From Albugo candida (taxonomy: Eukaryota), in contig JBDOQK010000011.1 in assembly GCA_040437565.1 (NCBI GenBank), positions 496,001 to 560,000 on the forward strand: a DNA stretch of 64,000 nucleotides, in the 5' to 3' direction. Positions within the stretch are counted from its first letter, which is position 1. Each line of letters opens with the position of its first letter. Below are positions 24,001 through 35,224 of the stretch, piece by piece. A program made the translations under genes and the position numbers. The notes under the pieces are model-generated. The model did not search any database, was not told where the DNA came from, and saw only the letters and a list, made by a program, of their open reading frames with translations.

Positions 24001-25370
24001 TAGATATCTGCATGACGCAAGACGGTGAAAAGACCAGCTACTAAAGGAGCCGAAGTATTTAGACTTGTGTGCTCCGACTGACGCTTTGCTGCAGTAAAAA
24101 CGACTCCACAGAGTTCGGCCCAAAATCGAAATGGTGAGTGTGTCGCTGAGCTGCTGGACAGAATATGTCGATTGCGTTTCCGGCCTTTGGAAATTGGAAC
24201 GCAAATTGTGCTTGATATATCTTTTGAAAAATTTCGAATTCCAACAGTAAATCGACAACAAATGAGATCAATGAGTGTGACCACAGAGGCCTGCCAACTT
24301 GTGTCTGAGGCTTTTGCCAGAATCAGTGACAGCAATGCGTCAAAGAGATTGTGAGGGTAGGATACGAATTCCCGTTTGACGGCATGAGGAATGGAGACGT
24401 CATTTTTTTGTTTCTTGAGACTTTTCGGCTCTCTCTCATTGCAAAAGTGCTTGGTGTAGACGTATGAATTCTTGAATTCGCACAAAATCGTGTCGTCCAA
24501 AAGCCCTTCGACAAAAATTGAATCCACTTTGCTTTGTATCAAAGCGATTACGTCCGCAAGCGCTGAGATACGAGAGAATCGCTCGAATGAAACCCGAATC
24601 TTTACAAGTTGTTGCAACAAACCATTTTCGGACTTTGTCAGCGTCAAGAATGCCTTTTTCTTGTTTGTTTGGGCTCTTTGGAGATGCTTCAGTGTCGTTA
24701 AGAGAAGCACTTGCAATCTCATGAACGCTGTCACCCAGGAATCCGCTTTGTTTTCTAGTGAGCTTACCAGTTTTGGATAAGCTTTGTCGAAAATACTGCT
24801 CATCAAGCCCATCCACACGGAAACTGTCGGCTTGTACTTTGTGAATCGCGGAGCAAATGACAGTGAGAATGTATCGGAGGACTTGTAATCCAAAAGAAAA
24901 GAGAGAATATCAAATGTGATTGTGATGTTTTCTATTGATTCTGTCAAAACGGAGAGAAGAAGATTGCATGTGCTGACGGGAATGTAAATCACACGCATCT
25001 CTGACATTTCTTCTTTAATGAAAGCGAGCTTCAGGATGGCAGCATGTAGCAAGCGAATGGCGCGAAATGAGTCGACATGATGAGTTTCCAAGGTGTTTGT
25101 GCTTTGTGTGAGTATGTCGATAGCCAATTTGATGATTTCGTGCAATATTCGCGTCGGTGGAATGTTGCATCCATTCGAAAACTGTGTGATGCGGCAGGAC
25201 TGGCGTTCTGTTGACGCATCAGTACAAGATTCCTGTTCTAAAAACAGCAGCAAATGATCGAGCGTCAAGTCGTTACCATGGTCTTTTCTCTCTTTGGTGT
25301 TTTTATTTGTTGTACGTCTCCACCGCAGCAAATGTAGCAGAGCGCTGCTGTCCATGGCTTCAGTCGCCAT
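21072..25370 (-). CDS. URB2: Nucleolar pre-ribosome factor Urb2/Npa2-like, 1432 aa, intronless
   Basis: Long helical ORF ending in an Urb2-type signature LQAGHFALLDICSSYEKEQLFQSLNASGKSLFKKLNAEYNLKHRYHG. Confidence 0.8.
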   Translation of the reverse strand: MATEAMDSSALLHLLRWRRTTNKNTKERKDHGNDLTLDHLLLFLEQESCTDASTERQSCRITQFSNGCNIPPTRILHEIIKLAIDILTQSTNTLETHHVDSFRAIRLLHAAILKLAFIKEEMSEMRVIYIPVSTCNLLLSVLTESIENITITFDILSFLLDYKSSDTFSLSFAPRFTKYKPTVSVWMGLMSSIFDKAYPKLVSSLENKADSWVTAFMRLQVLLLTTLKHLQRAQTNKKKAFLTLTKSENGLLQQLVKIRVSFERFSRISALADVIALIQSKVDSIFVEGLLDDTILCEFKNSYVYTKHFCNEREPKSLKKQKNDVSIPHAVKREFVSYPHNLFDALLSLILAKASDTSWQASVVTLIDLICCRFTVGIRNFSKDISSTICVPISKGRKRNRHILSSSSATHSPFRFWAELCGVVFTAAKRQSEHTSLNTSAPLVAGLFTVLRHADIYRVTEDTDDKKNFQILQKIFAKILIATKDVGTISEVTSTHICSIIADAAQCAPNLIGNWLPTVFRLCGHMHANGSAENCARGMACVLKAFESMRLLQEFYSACFQAANDATTCIRLCDLLSHTELKSAISHSFSRLPSGQMEPFWTFCMQSFQSACMNSQSALAALIRMLFDSFLYQIHVTPDTRHALDALMIATFDQILPSDKMLPSSSTCAISRCELETLALFGSLTSLYDDISESIVTSTFGRISFFSNDATSIGQRLCIIVDSLDKNSSLNGGVLRFCAHWLHIRKDNEPEACAPLGERIAHFVVRARCWSQIAYSLSDLAGLLSENLVDTLLLELVVAYVHEEDDSETHPRRIFQDASFYEIVPFHKAISRAVEEMARQLETASSNSLMRFYGLLISFPEGYLDSSPGSNEPILSLLSTSMRLQMSLSSDERVDAQTRLTQWITSQLCHLCEMKGPVPTEDFHIAMKAFTAFHFGRNGVEMESLMQSIVAFCCKWHSEWQSQLLESLCEMSLERSALLIEIFARLRRQKAIDTQTFEAHFIQKCVGTLQSIQPTDNSVFSLVYALLQYYLAVRDQHPQLALSLQSFFADVSEIFRAAMTELLTTSKLTRTNLPAWKLYLLVCENHCIIYDSQCTKGFGRLLAAALCVLQADHMDTCFQAEMVTTALLAHARSKEFRLFVFTAVEELSCPLIRVFASLRALHAALFHSRDGGYRRKVSASRRDELIPYKMKMVEQCAVIFGRCLLDGNTHTSVELAILNMALKLFASLFCTPEMFTWRAHELSSILLGFQPIQTLASRALTVDSLPLMDEIWRHSYMLLLRVLRHHFSALVSCIPQMIFASNSLLRVLIAFTKRLNGSARDHRIMEQWASNLTRLYGYMKPHDVSFRKHIVYLLMESLTAFAEKEQEKFHAVSTPLWLAVQEKLQAGHFALLDICSSYEKEQLFQSLNASGKSLFKKLNAEYNLKHRYHGNM

Positions 25371-25861
25371 GACCTTTGATACCGGTTATATACTTGATGT
25401 AGACCACTTTATGTTAGTTCATCCTTGCCGCAAATCTCGGTTCGCATCATTTCTTTCATGAACCGCCCAAATTGGCTCATAATCGCTTTATCCTTTGGAT
25501 TTGTGTAGAATCGTAATTGAAAGCGAGAGAGCTCCAGTGCCATGGATTGTTGCTCGTACAAGACGCGTATCTGATCCAGCTTCTTGGTTGTCGATTCCAA
25601 GTCACTCTCCAGTCGCTTTGCGCGTTCCTTTTGTATTTGTAACTCATTGAGAGACGACGATTTCGCATGCTCCAAAGTCTTCTCACGAACAAACACTTCT
25701 TCCAATTCCGCTTGTAATGCAGCGAGCTGTAAACTTTTCTTTTGCATTTCCGTTGTCCAATNNNNNNNNNNNNNNNNNNNNNNNNNNNNNNNNNNNNNNN
25801 NNNNNNNNNNNNNNNNNNNNNNNNNNNNNNNNNNNNNNNNNNNNNNNNNNNNNNNNNNNNN

Positions 25862-26947
25862 TATGTTAGTTCATCCTTGCCGCAACTCTCGGTTCTCATC
25901 ATTTCTTTCATGAACCGCCCAAATTGACTCATAATCGCTTTATCCTTTGGATTTGTGTAGAATCGTAATTGAAAACGAGAGAGCTCTAGCGCCATGGATT
26001 GTTGCTCGTACAACACGCGTATCTGGTCCAGCTCCTTGGTTGTCGATTCCAAGTCACTCTCCAGTCGCTTTGCGCGTTCCTTTTGTATTTGTAATTCATT
26101 AAGAGACGACGATTTCGCATGCTTCAAAGTCTTCTCACGAACAAATGCTTCTTCCAATTCCGCTTGTAATGCAGCGAGCTGTAAACTTTTCTTTTGCATT
26201 TCCGTTGTCCAATCCTGAAACGGGCGAACGCTTAGCGTATCGATCACTTGACTCAGCTGCGAATTCTCTTTACGCAATATATGGACTTCTTGCTGCAGAT
26301 CTTGGACGAATTGTGCTTGATTCCTGTGCGTTTGTGTCATCGACTGTATGTCACATAATCTCTGATTCAATTCAATGTTCTCTTCAGTAACAGTGCTGCA
26401 TTTGGCGAGCGCTTGCTCATAAAGCCGGCGTTGAACTTGTGCCTTCTCTTTCAGACTATGATATTGATTCTGAAGGATCTTCACGTGCTGAGTCTGGTCA
26501 ATCAGCATATTGTTCATCATTGATAAGAGCGCCTTCTCCTCAGTCTTTCTTGATCGATCCAAATTCGACGGTTCTGAAGGAAGCGGCCTCACCACAGTCT
26601 CTTCATTTACGCCATCTGTCTGTGTCGCAGCACTTTTCTTGCGAGCTTTCTTTCCAACTGAAGGCCGTTTGTGATTATACGCCTACAAATACTCGCGCTT
26701 GAGGGGAACAATTGTCCAAGTTTGACAATTTACCAATCGTCTCTCGAGGGCTCGATTTTGCGTGAGTAGACTGCGCTTCTGTAGTATCAATTCGTTGATT
26801 ATGATTATGGGGTCGTGGGGCCGTTTTGATCGGGGCGAAGTATCTCCACTAAGCACAACATGGTTAGAGTTGCGTAAGTATGTGCACGGCAGTGCATGTA
26901 CGCTACGATGCAGCACGAAGTATCGTTTTGTCTTCTTTATGACGCAT
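25862..26947 (-). CDS. Coiled-coil protein resembling the N-terminal half of RPGRIP1L/fantom, 3 exons; 3' end duplicated at 25409-25761, 5' end duplicated at 27094-27268
   Basis: Spliced MRHKEDK..|GDTSPR..RRL|AYNHK.. into a heptad-rich ORF; segment QDLQQEVHILRKENSQL..TLSVRPF..QLRFY parallels the RPGRIP1L coiled coil as I recall it. Confidence 0.6.
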
Positions 26948-27301
26948 CTTGAAAAGTCTTTTGGCAGGAATACTCAAGAAATACAGACAAAAANNNNNNN
27001 NNNNNNNNNNNNNNNNNNNNNNNNNNNNNNNNNNNNNNNNNNNNNNNNNNNNNNNNNNNNNNNNNNNNNNNNNNNNNNNNNNNNNNNNNNNNNGGCCGTT
27101 TTGATCGGGGCGAAGTATCTCCACTAAGCACAACATGGTTAGAGTTGCGTAAGTATGTGCACGGCAGTGCATGTACGCTACGATGCAGCACGAAGTATCG
27201 TTTTGTCTTCTTTATGACGCATCTTGAAAAGTCTTTTGGCAGGAATACTCAAGAAATACAGACAAAAAAGGGACTCAATTTATATATAGGAGTTGCCTCA
27301 C

Positions 27302-27814
27302 TCATTGCACTCGTCGATTCGCTGAGGGAATCACAACATGAGGAGGGTATAGCCACACGTCAAATAAGACACTGTGCATGGGAATAGAACGGTACATGCC
27401 ACCTAGGTAGCCTTCTGCGTCTTTTGGATTGGAAAAAATACCTTGTCGACTCTCGCTTTTGCGTGTGAGTACTGCGGCCACTTGATGCATATCTTTTTCA
27501 ATTCGCCATGTGAGTTTCATGCATTCCGCAAAACATTCATGAGTCTGTCCTCCATACGTTTGAAGCACACTCCCTAACGTCGTACCCTTTTCGAGTTCTT
27601 TGAGGACATTGTAAAGTAGCTTTGAGGCTTTAATTTCCGCGATTGTTTTCTATAATATAAATTCAGTCGTTATCAGTGAAACATGACCAAGTACCTGAAG
27701 ATACGATTGCGCATCTCGATTAAAGTATAGGAGATCATTTTCTCGAATGTTAATGTGGATCCAAAGGCCGGACCCCTCGACGACGACAAATAGGCGGTTT
27801 TGAACACGAAACAT
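27302..27814 (-). CDS. Small hypothetical protein, 2 exons
   Basis: ATG 27814, MFRVQNRLFVVVEG..SYLQ, a GT-AG intron, then in frame with ORF 27302-27568. Confidence 0.5.
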
Positions 27815-27851
27815 GATGCGTTATAGGAATAGCGGTACTACTTTATAAATT

Positions 27852-28868
27852 CTATGCTTTTCTTCGCTCGCGACTACGTCTCCTCGTGCGGTATCGCGTC
27901 CTTGAGCTTTGATGTGGCTCTGCTTCGGAGGCAAACCGTTTCTTTGGAGGTGAGGGATGTGGTGGAGACCATCTTGATCTCCTCACACGCTTTCGTGGTT
28001 GCTCGCTGCGTTTCTTTTCAACTGCATGAGCATCTTTGATTTCTATTTCACGAGGTTCCGATTCATGCTGGAAAGGATTGACTTCAGTCAGAGGATCGAG
28101 CCATTGAACTACATTCCTCTTATAGAGCTGTATGATTTCTTGGGCAATTGTGACCATTTCTTCTTGAGAAACCTCAAATAAAAGCCACCAAGGCGGATTG
28201 TCTGGAAGTTTGATTTGTAAAACTCGTCCAGCAAGAAAAATGGAAGCACAACCTATTGCTGCGGCTGAGAAGCGAGTCATCAAGTCGATACGGAGACTAT
28301 CATTTACGTATCCCCAAGCCTTTTGAGCAAGTTCCGTGCTACCATCTAAAATCTTTATATAATACAAAACGTATTTATGCGCATGCTCCATAACGTTGTA
28401 AATACTGAATCCGAGGTCAATGAGAAGTTGTCTCTCCAGCAAAATCATCCAATCGCGCCATTGTAAGTATGTATCGCTGTCCAAATCCAATAACTGATTC
28501 TCGATGCTAGTTTCTTTCCATCGACGGCGTTTATACATTGCGTAATAAACGGTTAATATCTCACTGATACGCGTCGGTGCTTCATCCACTTTGGCTGCGA
28601 GAAATAAGCACGCAAAACTGACGCGAAATGCGTCAAAGTCTCTCAGCGATTTCCGATAATAAAAGCGGTGAAGGATGGTTTGAGCAGTGACCATAACAAC
28701 TTGGGGAAGCTTTAAGAGCGTGCCCGCTTCTTGAATTAGTTCACAACCCCAGAAACGGTGATCCTTCTCGACTTGAGCGGATATTCCATCCCTTTGGGAC
28801 GGTGGATTCCGCAAAATCTCTTCAGGAAGCAGGGTACATACATACGGAATGATACGCGAATGGTCCAT
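27852..28868 (-). CDS. CCNL1: Cyclin L
   Basis: PPSQRDGI, GCELIQEAGTLLKLPQVVMVTAQTILHRFYY, AWGYVNDSLR; RS-rich C-terminus. Confidence 0.92.
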   Translation of the reverse strand: MDHSRIIPYVCTLLPEEILRNPPSQRDGISAQVEKDHRFWGCELIQEAGTLLKLPQVVMVTAQTILHRFYYRKSLRDFDAFRVSFACLFLAAKVDEAPTRISEILTVYYAMYKRRRWKETSIENQLLDLDSDTYLQWRDWMILLERQLLIDLGFSIYNVMEHAHKYVLYYIKILDGSTELAQKAWGYVNDSLRIDLMTRFSAAAIGCASIFLAGRVLQIKLPDNPPWWLLFEVSQEEMVTIAQEIIQLYKRNVVQWLDPLTEVNPFQHESEPREIEIKDAHAVEKKRSEQPRKRVRRSRWSPPHPSPPKKRFASEAEPHQSSRTRYRTRRRSRERRKA

Positions 28869-28944
28869 GCCAATGACCCCTACGAATTCATGACCTGGAC
28901 AAGTTGATTTTCATGCAAAAGGTATGCGAAACGGTCTATTACTC

Positions 28945-29797
28945 CTAGTTTTTATCTCTCTTTCGAATGCACAATTGTGTTTGAAATTGAAAAGGGTTCG
29001 ACTGGGCATTGTAAACATGATCAGCGGCTTGTACGACATCCCAATGCCGTATTGCCATTGACTTGAGCTCGTAGTCAACGTCATGAAAGCGATACAAGAA
29101 AGTATCCGAGCAACGAGGACTTGAGGTCGAGTCTTCATTGAAGCGTTTGATAGCGCACAGCAACACAGTCTTCTTCACATCACCTGCAATTCGCGTCATC
29201 GCCTGATAGGAAATACGTAAAATACCGGAACTTTAGGAGCATAGACGTACCTGCACAACATTCCATGAAATGGATGAGTCGCTGATGATATAAATTATAT
29301 ATTCCGAATGGAATAAATTTGGGTCTCCCCGATACATTACGTAATGTCCGCCGTAATTCAATCCCGACTTTAATAGCCACTCGCGTTGACGGAAATGATT
29401 ATATGTTATAAAATGTGAAATAAATCGTTCCTCTGGCAGCAAGCTAGTCCAAATAGATCATGTGGTCACCATATACTGAGTATTGGAAAGAGCCTCACCT
29501 CGAAAACAGCGCCCATAAATATGAATTGGTCAATTTTGACTCGTTTTTCTCACTGTCCTTATCTCTCACGTTAGTGATCGATAGCCGTTTGGTGATTGCG
29601 ACCTGATAATATGCTTCCACGAGCGATAAAATCACCTGTGGCTGTCTCGTTGTATCGTTTTCAGATTGACTTGTCAAAGACGTTTGAGATGTGATACTGT
29701 TTTCTACGGCAAATCCCGTCAGCGACGCTCGCAAGTATGTCAAATCGTCCTTTTGAGCTGTCACAAGAACACGACAATCATCAATAATCCCAAACAT
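28945..29797 (-). CDS. SEN2: tRNA-splicing endonuclease catalytic subunit (Sen2-like), 3 exons
   Basis: LSLVEAYY, YNHFRQREWLLKSGLNYGGHYVMYRGDPNLFHSEY and RIAGDVKKTVLL; Tyr-His-Lys catalytic triad retained. Confidence 0.8.
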
Positions 29798-29892
29798 CAG
29801 AGCCCTTCAACATTTGATATATTATAAGGATCCTTTCGTAGGATTTCGTATTCTACTCGTGTTATATCAATAAATTACCTTTAATAAAGCAT

Positions 29893-32030
29893 TCATGACT
29901 GCACTTGACTCGGAGGTTGCTGACGATCCAATAATTTCTTTTTGGTTGCAGCTGCATGTTTCAGAAACTTCTCGTCGCGAGATCTCATCATGTGACGCTG
30001 TGCTTCTATCAATTCCTGCTCTTGCTGTAACTTGGAAAGCTCTCTTTTCTCCTTCTCAATGTACCAAGCCTGTAATTTCGCTTGTTTTGCAAGCGCTCGT
30101 TGTGACGATTCGAGTATCTTTTCAGCGTCTTTAGCGCTACTATTGGATCCATCGCTATCACACTGCATTATCTGATCGGATAAAGTGCGATTTCGCATGC
30201 GATACATAATCTCTGTGGGTCGTTTATTCTTCACATTCGCTGTTGGAGTCGAGGGAGATGACGTGGTTGTTCGGATTCGTACGGAAGGCTTTTGCGTCCC
30301 AACACCGGAGAGAGCGATTCCAATACCACCTTTTTTCGAATGCGTTTTTCGACGATTTCCGTCCACTAAAACCCCGTCAAATAATTGCGCATAAATGCTG
30401 CGAAGATCTTCTTCCTCAATTTCGTACTTGAAAAAACGATCAGAGGCTTCCTTCAATTGTCGCAAAACAAACTCTAATCGCTATTGAGAACGCTTAGTAG
30501 GCTATACCGCGTAGTATCAAAGCATCCGCTTACCTCTTTAGCCAAAATGGCACTACTTTCTACTGCTGGAACGACAGCGTTAGACTGTACGCTGGCTTTC
30601 AATTGATCGAGCTGCCTTCGATAGCCTTCAAGCTGTTGTGTCAAATCTCCATTTTGTTCCATTAATTGCACAAGGCGTTGTGCGACACCACTTCCGTCGT
30701 CATTCTCTTGCACTCCAGATTCTCGATCAAAGCCATTTTCAATCAGCCCTTCTGTCGTGTTGCTGTGAGAGGGGTGAGAAGATTGCAATAGCGCCACCAG
30801 TTCGCGTAATTGTACAATCTGCTTTTCCAATTTCGCGACATATTCAGGACTGATTTCCTTCTGTTCATTGATTCGGGCGCATATCATCACCTGTTTAGCA
30901 CGATCTGCAAATTTGAGCGTTGAAATGGATTCATCGATGCAGTCCATTGATGGAGACAATGTCGCGATGATCTTGGTTTTGGTATTGCCTCCCAGTGAAT
31001 CCTGCAGTAATCTCGTCAATTTGGAATCTCGATACGGAATGTGAGTATTTCCTTGCTTATGAACGGAAGATAATGCCGCAATACAGCGGCCCAATGTATG
31101 AAGACTGAGATTGATATTTGTCATTTCTGCAACGTGGTGATCCTACAAAAGGGTTAAGATACTCGACAATATATTATCGCATAAATCCTTACAAGCATCT
31201 CCGACTCCATATTCCATTTCTCAGACCCGGCAAGATCAACCAGATTTAATTTGGATTTAAGTATAGTTCCATCCGCCTTGCATTGCTCCAACAACAGCTG
31301 AAAGACGCTGTGACTACGACTACTTACTTGATTCATATGTGTCGATCGGATAGCTCGAAACTGCTCTCCGCTTCGTAGCAGATGCATACAATCCGCCACA
31401 GTGTGTACTGCATACTCTGAAATCCCATTCACATACATTCCATTTTTACGATCCTCCACGATCTCCAAAGGATTCTCCATCCGTTCATCTCGCAATAGAT
31501 CATAAATGTGTTCGTTGTAAACCTGCACAAACGAACAAAATAGCTTTGCGTGGGTATTCTTCTCCATGTCACTTATCAGGCGAGAACTTTGCAATTCCCG
31601 CAAAGATGTCTTTGACCGCTCGTGGAATGACACCGGCCTGATTGTTCTGCTTACTGCTTAGTTTATACACGGCCGAATCATTCTCGACTCCAAACATTGT
31701 ATATGACTTGCCACTCCCAGTCTGACCGTACGCAAACAAAGTCGAGTTGAAGCCGTCTAAAAACGCGGTAGTGCATTCCTTCACGCGATCGTAAATATCG
31801 ATTTGTGTGCAATGACTGTCAAAAATCGCGTCGTACTTGCATTTGATCGTTGTGTCTGATGTTTTGACTTCGATTGTCTGACCGTCCACCGCCCGAATGG
31901 AAGCGACATTCGAACCTGCAGCCTCACGATCAACAAATGGGCGTATACGAATGTAGACTTGTATATTCTCAGATGGAGTACGGCGAGGATCAGCTACATT
32001 GGATCCCGATGGAGAGATCACAGGAAGCAT
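29893..32030 (-). CDS. Kinesin motor protein (N-terminal motor, coiled-coil tail), multi-exon, apparent frameshift near 31570-31600
   Basis: IRIRP, P-loop [51 protein letters not shown]. Confidence 0.92.
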
Positions 32031-32243
32031 TTACTTCAATGGGACTGCTGGTCAAGAAAGTGTAGACACGTATCTCGCTGTTGGGTTACTCTGAGCCTCG
32101 AAGGCTTCATGTTGTTGCTATTATTACCCGATGAAAACAGATTCCGTTACGTCTATATGACATAACGCTTGCGCTTTTTTGTGTGTGAAGACATTGAGAA
32201 TGTCCAATTGGAGAAAAATTGGTGCTGATCAAGAATCCAGGAA

Positions 32244-33444
32244 ATGCTTCGAAAACAGGTGATCGAAGTGACTCGATCTGCGTATCAACAAAATGCACTA
32301 AAGCGTATGGTAGCGGATCATCAGACAGTGTATGATCCAATATACGGACTCAAGTATTTGGTGTTCTCACTCAAGCCAACCATTCACAAACCGGACGCTA
32401 TGTCGAATCCTGTCGCCAAGCCGTCAGTTTTTCGTGATCCCTTCGCGAAAGAATACATCGAGAAGGATCTTATGGTGACCCAAATAAATGGAACGCACAA
32501 TCTCCTCTTAAACAAGTACAATGTGGTTGACGAGCACGTATGATATAAGTTGATTGACTACTATAGCGCCTTATGATATATCTTTGCCAGGTTGTGTTAG
32601 CAACGATAGACTATGAATCGCAAGAAGATCCAGTCAACGTGAAAGACTTTCAGGCGATGTGGACGTGTATGGAAGGAATGGATGCTTTTGCATTTTTCAA
32701 TTGCGGATATGCCAGTGGCGCAAGGTCGGTTGATTGGCTTTCCCTGAGCTGTATTGAAATTTGTGCAATTAGTCAGCCGCATAAACACATGCAATTAATA
32801 TCGTATCCATCCCTTCGCAATTACACTGGCAATAAAAGGGTTCGATTTGTCTATTGCTTCTTGTGCCATCTGTCAAGTGAGCGAGTGGTAGCCTCCACTT
32901 CTACAATACATTGTAGACGCTTTGAAGAAGTATGAAGAAATCCCATCCAACACGATTTTACAATTACAAGAGCTCCCATTTCGTCACTTTTTACATCGCA
33001 TTGATCATTGTAAAGCTGATAATAGCGATGTCGCAGGTCTGTGCTTCGCGGCGAAATGGCGTGATTTTGCTCATGTTGTTTGTCTTTGGAAAAGGGTATC
33101 TTCATCGGCAGTATGAAATAATGTATGCAGAATTATGCCAGGTTGAACGTCCCCAGTCGGTTCCCGTAAACAACGACACCGAAAACAGCGAAACAATTGC
33201 GTACAACCTATTGCTAACATCGGAATTCTTGATGCTCGTTCCTCGAAAAATGCAATCCTACTATGGCATCGAGGTCAATTCGATTGGGTTCACGGGGTCT
33301 TTTTTGGGTCGCACTCGGGAACAGATGGACTTTCTGACAGGAAACACGGGTGGGGTCAGCGGTCCGATGAAATTGTTACAGGAAGTGACATTCCCGCAAA
33401 ATCATGAGTTGGTTGTTACCGACAGCAATGGAATAGATAAATAA
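32244..33444 (+). CDS. APA2: Diadenosine tetraphosphate (Ap4A) phosphorylase / ATP adenylyltransferase, multi-exon
   Basis: DPF, LLLNKYNVVDEHV, FAFFNCGYASGA|SQPHKHMQ (HxHxQ), YNLLLT..LVPR, VNSIGFTGSFL. Confidence 0.88.
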
Positions 33445-33539
33445 TTATATATTGAATTATCGACATTTATCGTCTTCATACAACAAAAGTAAGGCTCTTG
33501 GTGTTGAGACTCTTGACTTTCAACACAAATTGTGAATTT

Positions 33540-34244
33540 CTAATGCTTCTGATCAGCACGAATGCCATTCCCAAATGTCTCAGTGTTGTAATTACGCCAG
33601 CCGTGGAGGTTCATTTGCCAGCTTCTCTGCTTAAGTATTGCAGAAAGCGTATTTCCCAAATCCAAGAACTTGAGTATATCCTGTAGAAATAGACATCCCG
33701 CCGATAGCTCATTTTCATCCACACGTTGAATTATGGTGAGAAGGATGGTGATGAAATTCTCCGCTTCTGACCTTTGACACGATATATCGGCTTCAGAGAG
33801 ATTGGTGCGAAAGAATCGATTGCGACTGAATCGCAAACGCTCCAGGAAGACACACATAACATCAAATGTGCATCCAGACGAGCCCTTACAATTGCATGTA
33901 CTCAACTGCTTGGCCGCGTCAAGGACGTTTGCAGCACTGAAACTTTTCTTCAATCCAAGTTGACCCCGAAGGAGAGATTGCGCGAGCGGTGACTTTGTCG
34001 TAGCCGTTAGTCTCGATAAAAGCGACTTGCGTAAGTCTCGGAATTCTTCAAAAGAACGAGTGACACTTTGGCTTGATTCATGCCCGTTCAGTGGTGACAT
34101 ATCTCGGTACACTTTTGCAAGGTTTTTGGACTGAAGTGTGATCACATACGCGAGATTTTTACGCGAGCCATGAATTGATGTGATTTGAGCTCGAAGTTGC
34201 TTCAATATTCGCGGGTCTAGCTTTTCTATGGAAGTTTCTGGCAT
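33540..34244 (-). CDS. Hypothetical protein with PX-like features (oomycete-type)
   Basis: 234-codon ORF; AYVITL..VTRSFEEFRDLRKSL resembles the PX RRYSEF motif, followed by a CxC..C insert. Confidence 0.6.
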   Translation of the reverse strand: MPETSIEKLDPRILKQLRAQITSIHGSRKNLAYVITLQSKNLAKVYRDMSPLNGHESSQSVTRSFEEFRDLRKSLLSRLTATTKSPLAQSLLRGQLGLKKSFSAANVLDAAKQLSTCNCKGSSGCTFDVMCVFLERLRFSRNRFFRTNLSEADISCQRSEAENFITILLTIIQRVDENELSAGCLFLQDILKFLDLGNTLSAILKQRSWQMNLHGWRNYNTETFGNGIRADQKH

Positions 34245-34999
34245 TATGTTTGGCTTGTGCGTTCAGTGAGAATATGGAAGGAATCACCTTGACATTCACT
34301 GAAACATGTAGAGGATAGGCAACAGCTCTACCAAAAATTTCTCAGTAACGCAAGTAACAGTCATCTTTCCTCTTGTTGCATAAAGTGGGATAGAGAAAAA
34401 TCAGGATGTACTCCACTTAATCACACGCTCTATAATGACTTGTAAAGTACCAGTTCAAGTCAAAAGTGTGTTCTATACAGCTGGAACCGTGCAATGGAGG
34501 AAAACTAGAGCTGTCGCCAGAAGGTAGAAGACAGACGCCGAACTCTTACTCTCACTTTGAATGAGTTCATTCCGCATCTGTAAAAAGAGTCGGAATATGT
34601 TTGACAGATGACTTTGAAGATGCCATCTGATTGTTTTTGGGTCTTCGATTTCAAGTACAGAGAGATCACCGTAATCAAAGTCGTCAAAAACCGACACTCT
34701 TAGTAGATCAGTGGCAAATATAGCTTAATTTAGAGTATTTATTTATAATCCTCCGGATGACTGACTATCGATACGCAGTTTGTTACAATTGCAGCAATAA
34801 AACCCGTATACAGAGATACTAACTAGCAACAAATCTCAAGCTGACTAGTTTGACCAAAGACGAAACTTCGGTTGTGACGTCCGCCCGTTTGAAGAGGCGT
34901 TTTAATGCATCAAAATGATACGTCACTCTCTTCCGCCAACGAATGCAATGACTGGCTTGACTCCTGACAGCTACTTTTAGCTCACTTTCGTGTCACCGC

Positions 35000-35080
35000 A
35001 GTAGAGCGCTCACTCATAAGGAAGGTAGAGAACCAGACAAACAGTGTAATGAAATCCGACACAAAGTAGAGCGCTCACTC
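35000..35080 (+). repeat. 16-bp direct repeat AGTAGAGCGCTCACTC, two copies 65 bp apart, upstream of QSOX
   Basis: Exact copies at 35000-35015 and 35065-35080. Confidence 0.8.
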
Positions 35081-35224
35081 TACCCACGAATGAGTCGGTA
35101 GAAATTGTACATTCTGAAATAGTTAGTAATGTATAGATTTCTTTGATTTATGTCCACGAAACACGCGGTCGATATTTAGTTACGAAGGTATAGAATCAGC
35201 TCAAAAGTGACAATAATAGCAGTG

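Noticed and set aside
7463..29797. RNA-processing gene cluster (TRF4, ADAT1, URB2, cyclin L, SEN2)
   Set aside because: The genes belong to different pathways, lie on mixed strands and are interspersed with unrelated genes, as expected by chance in a compact genome.
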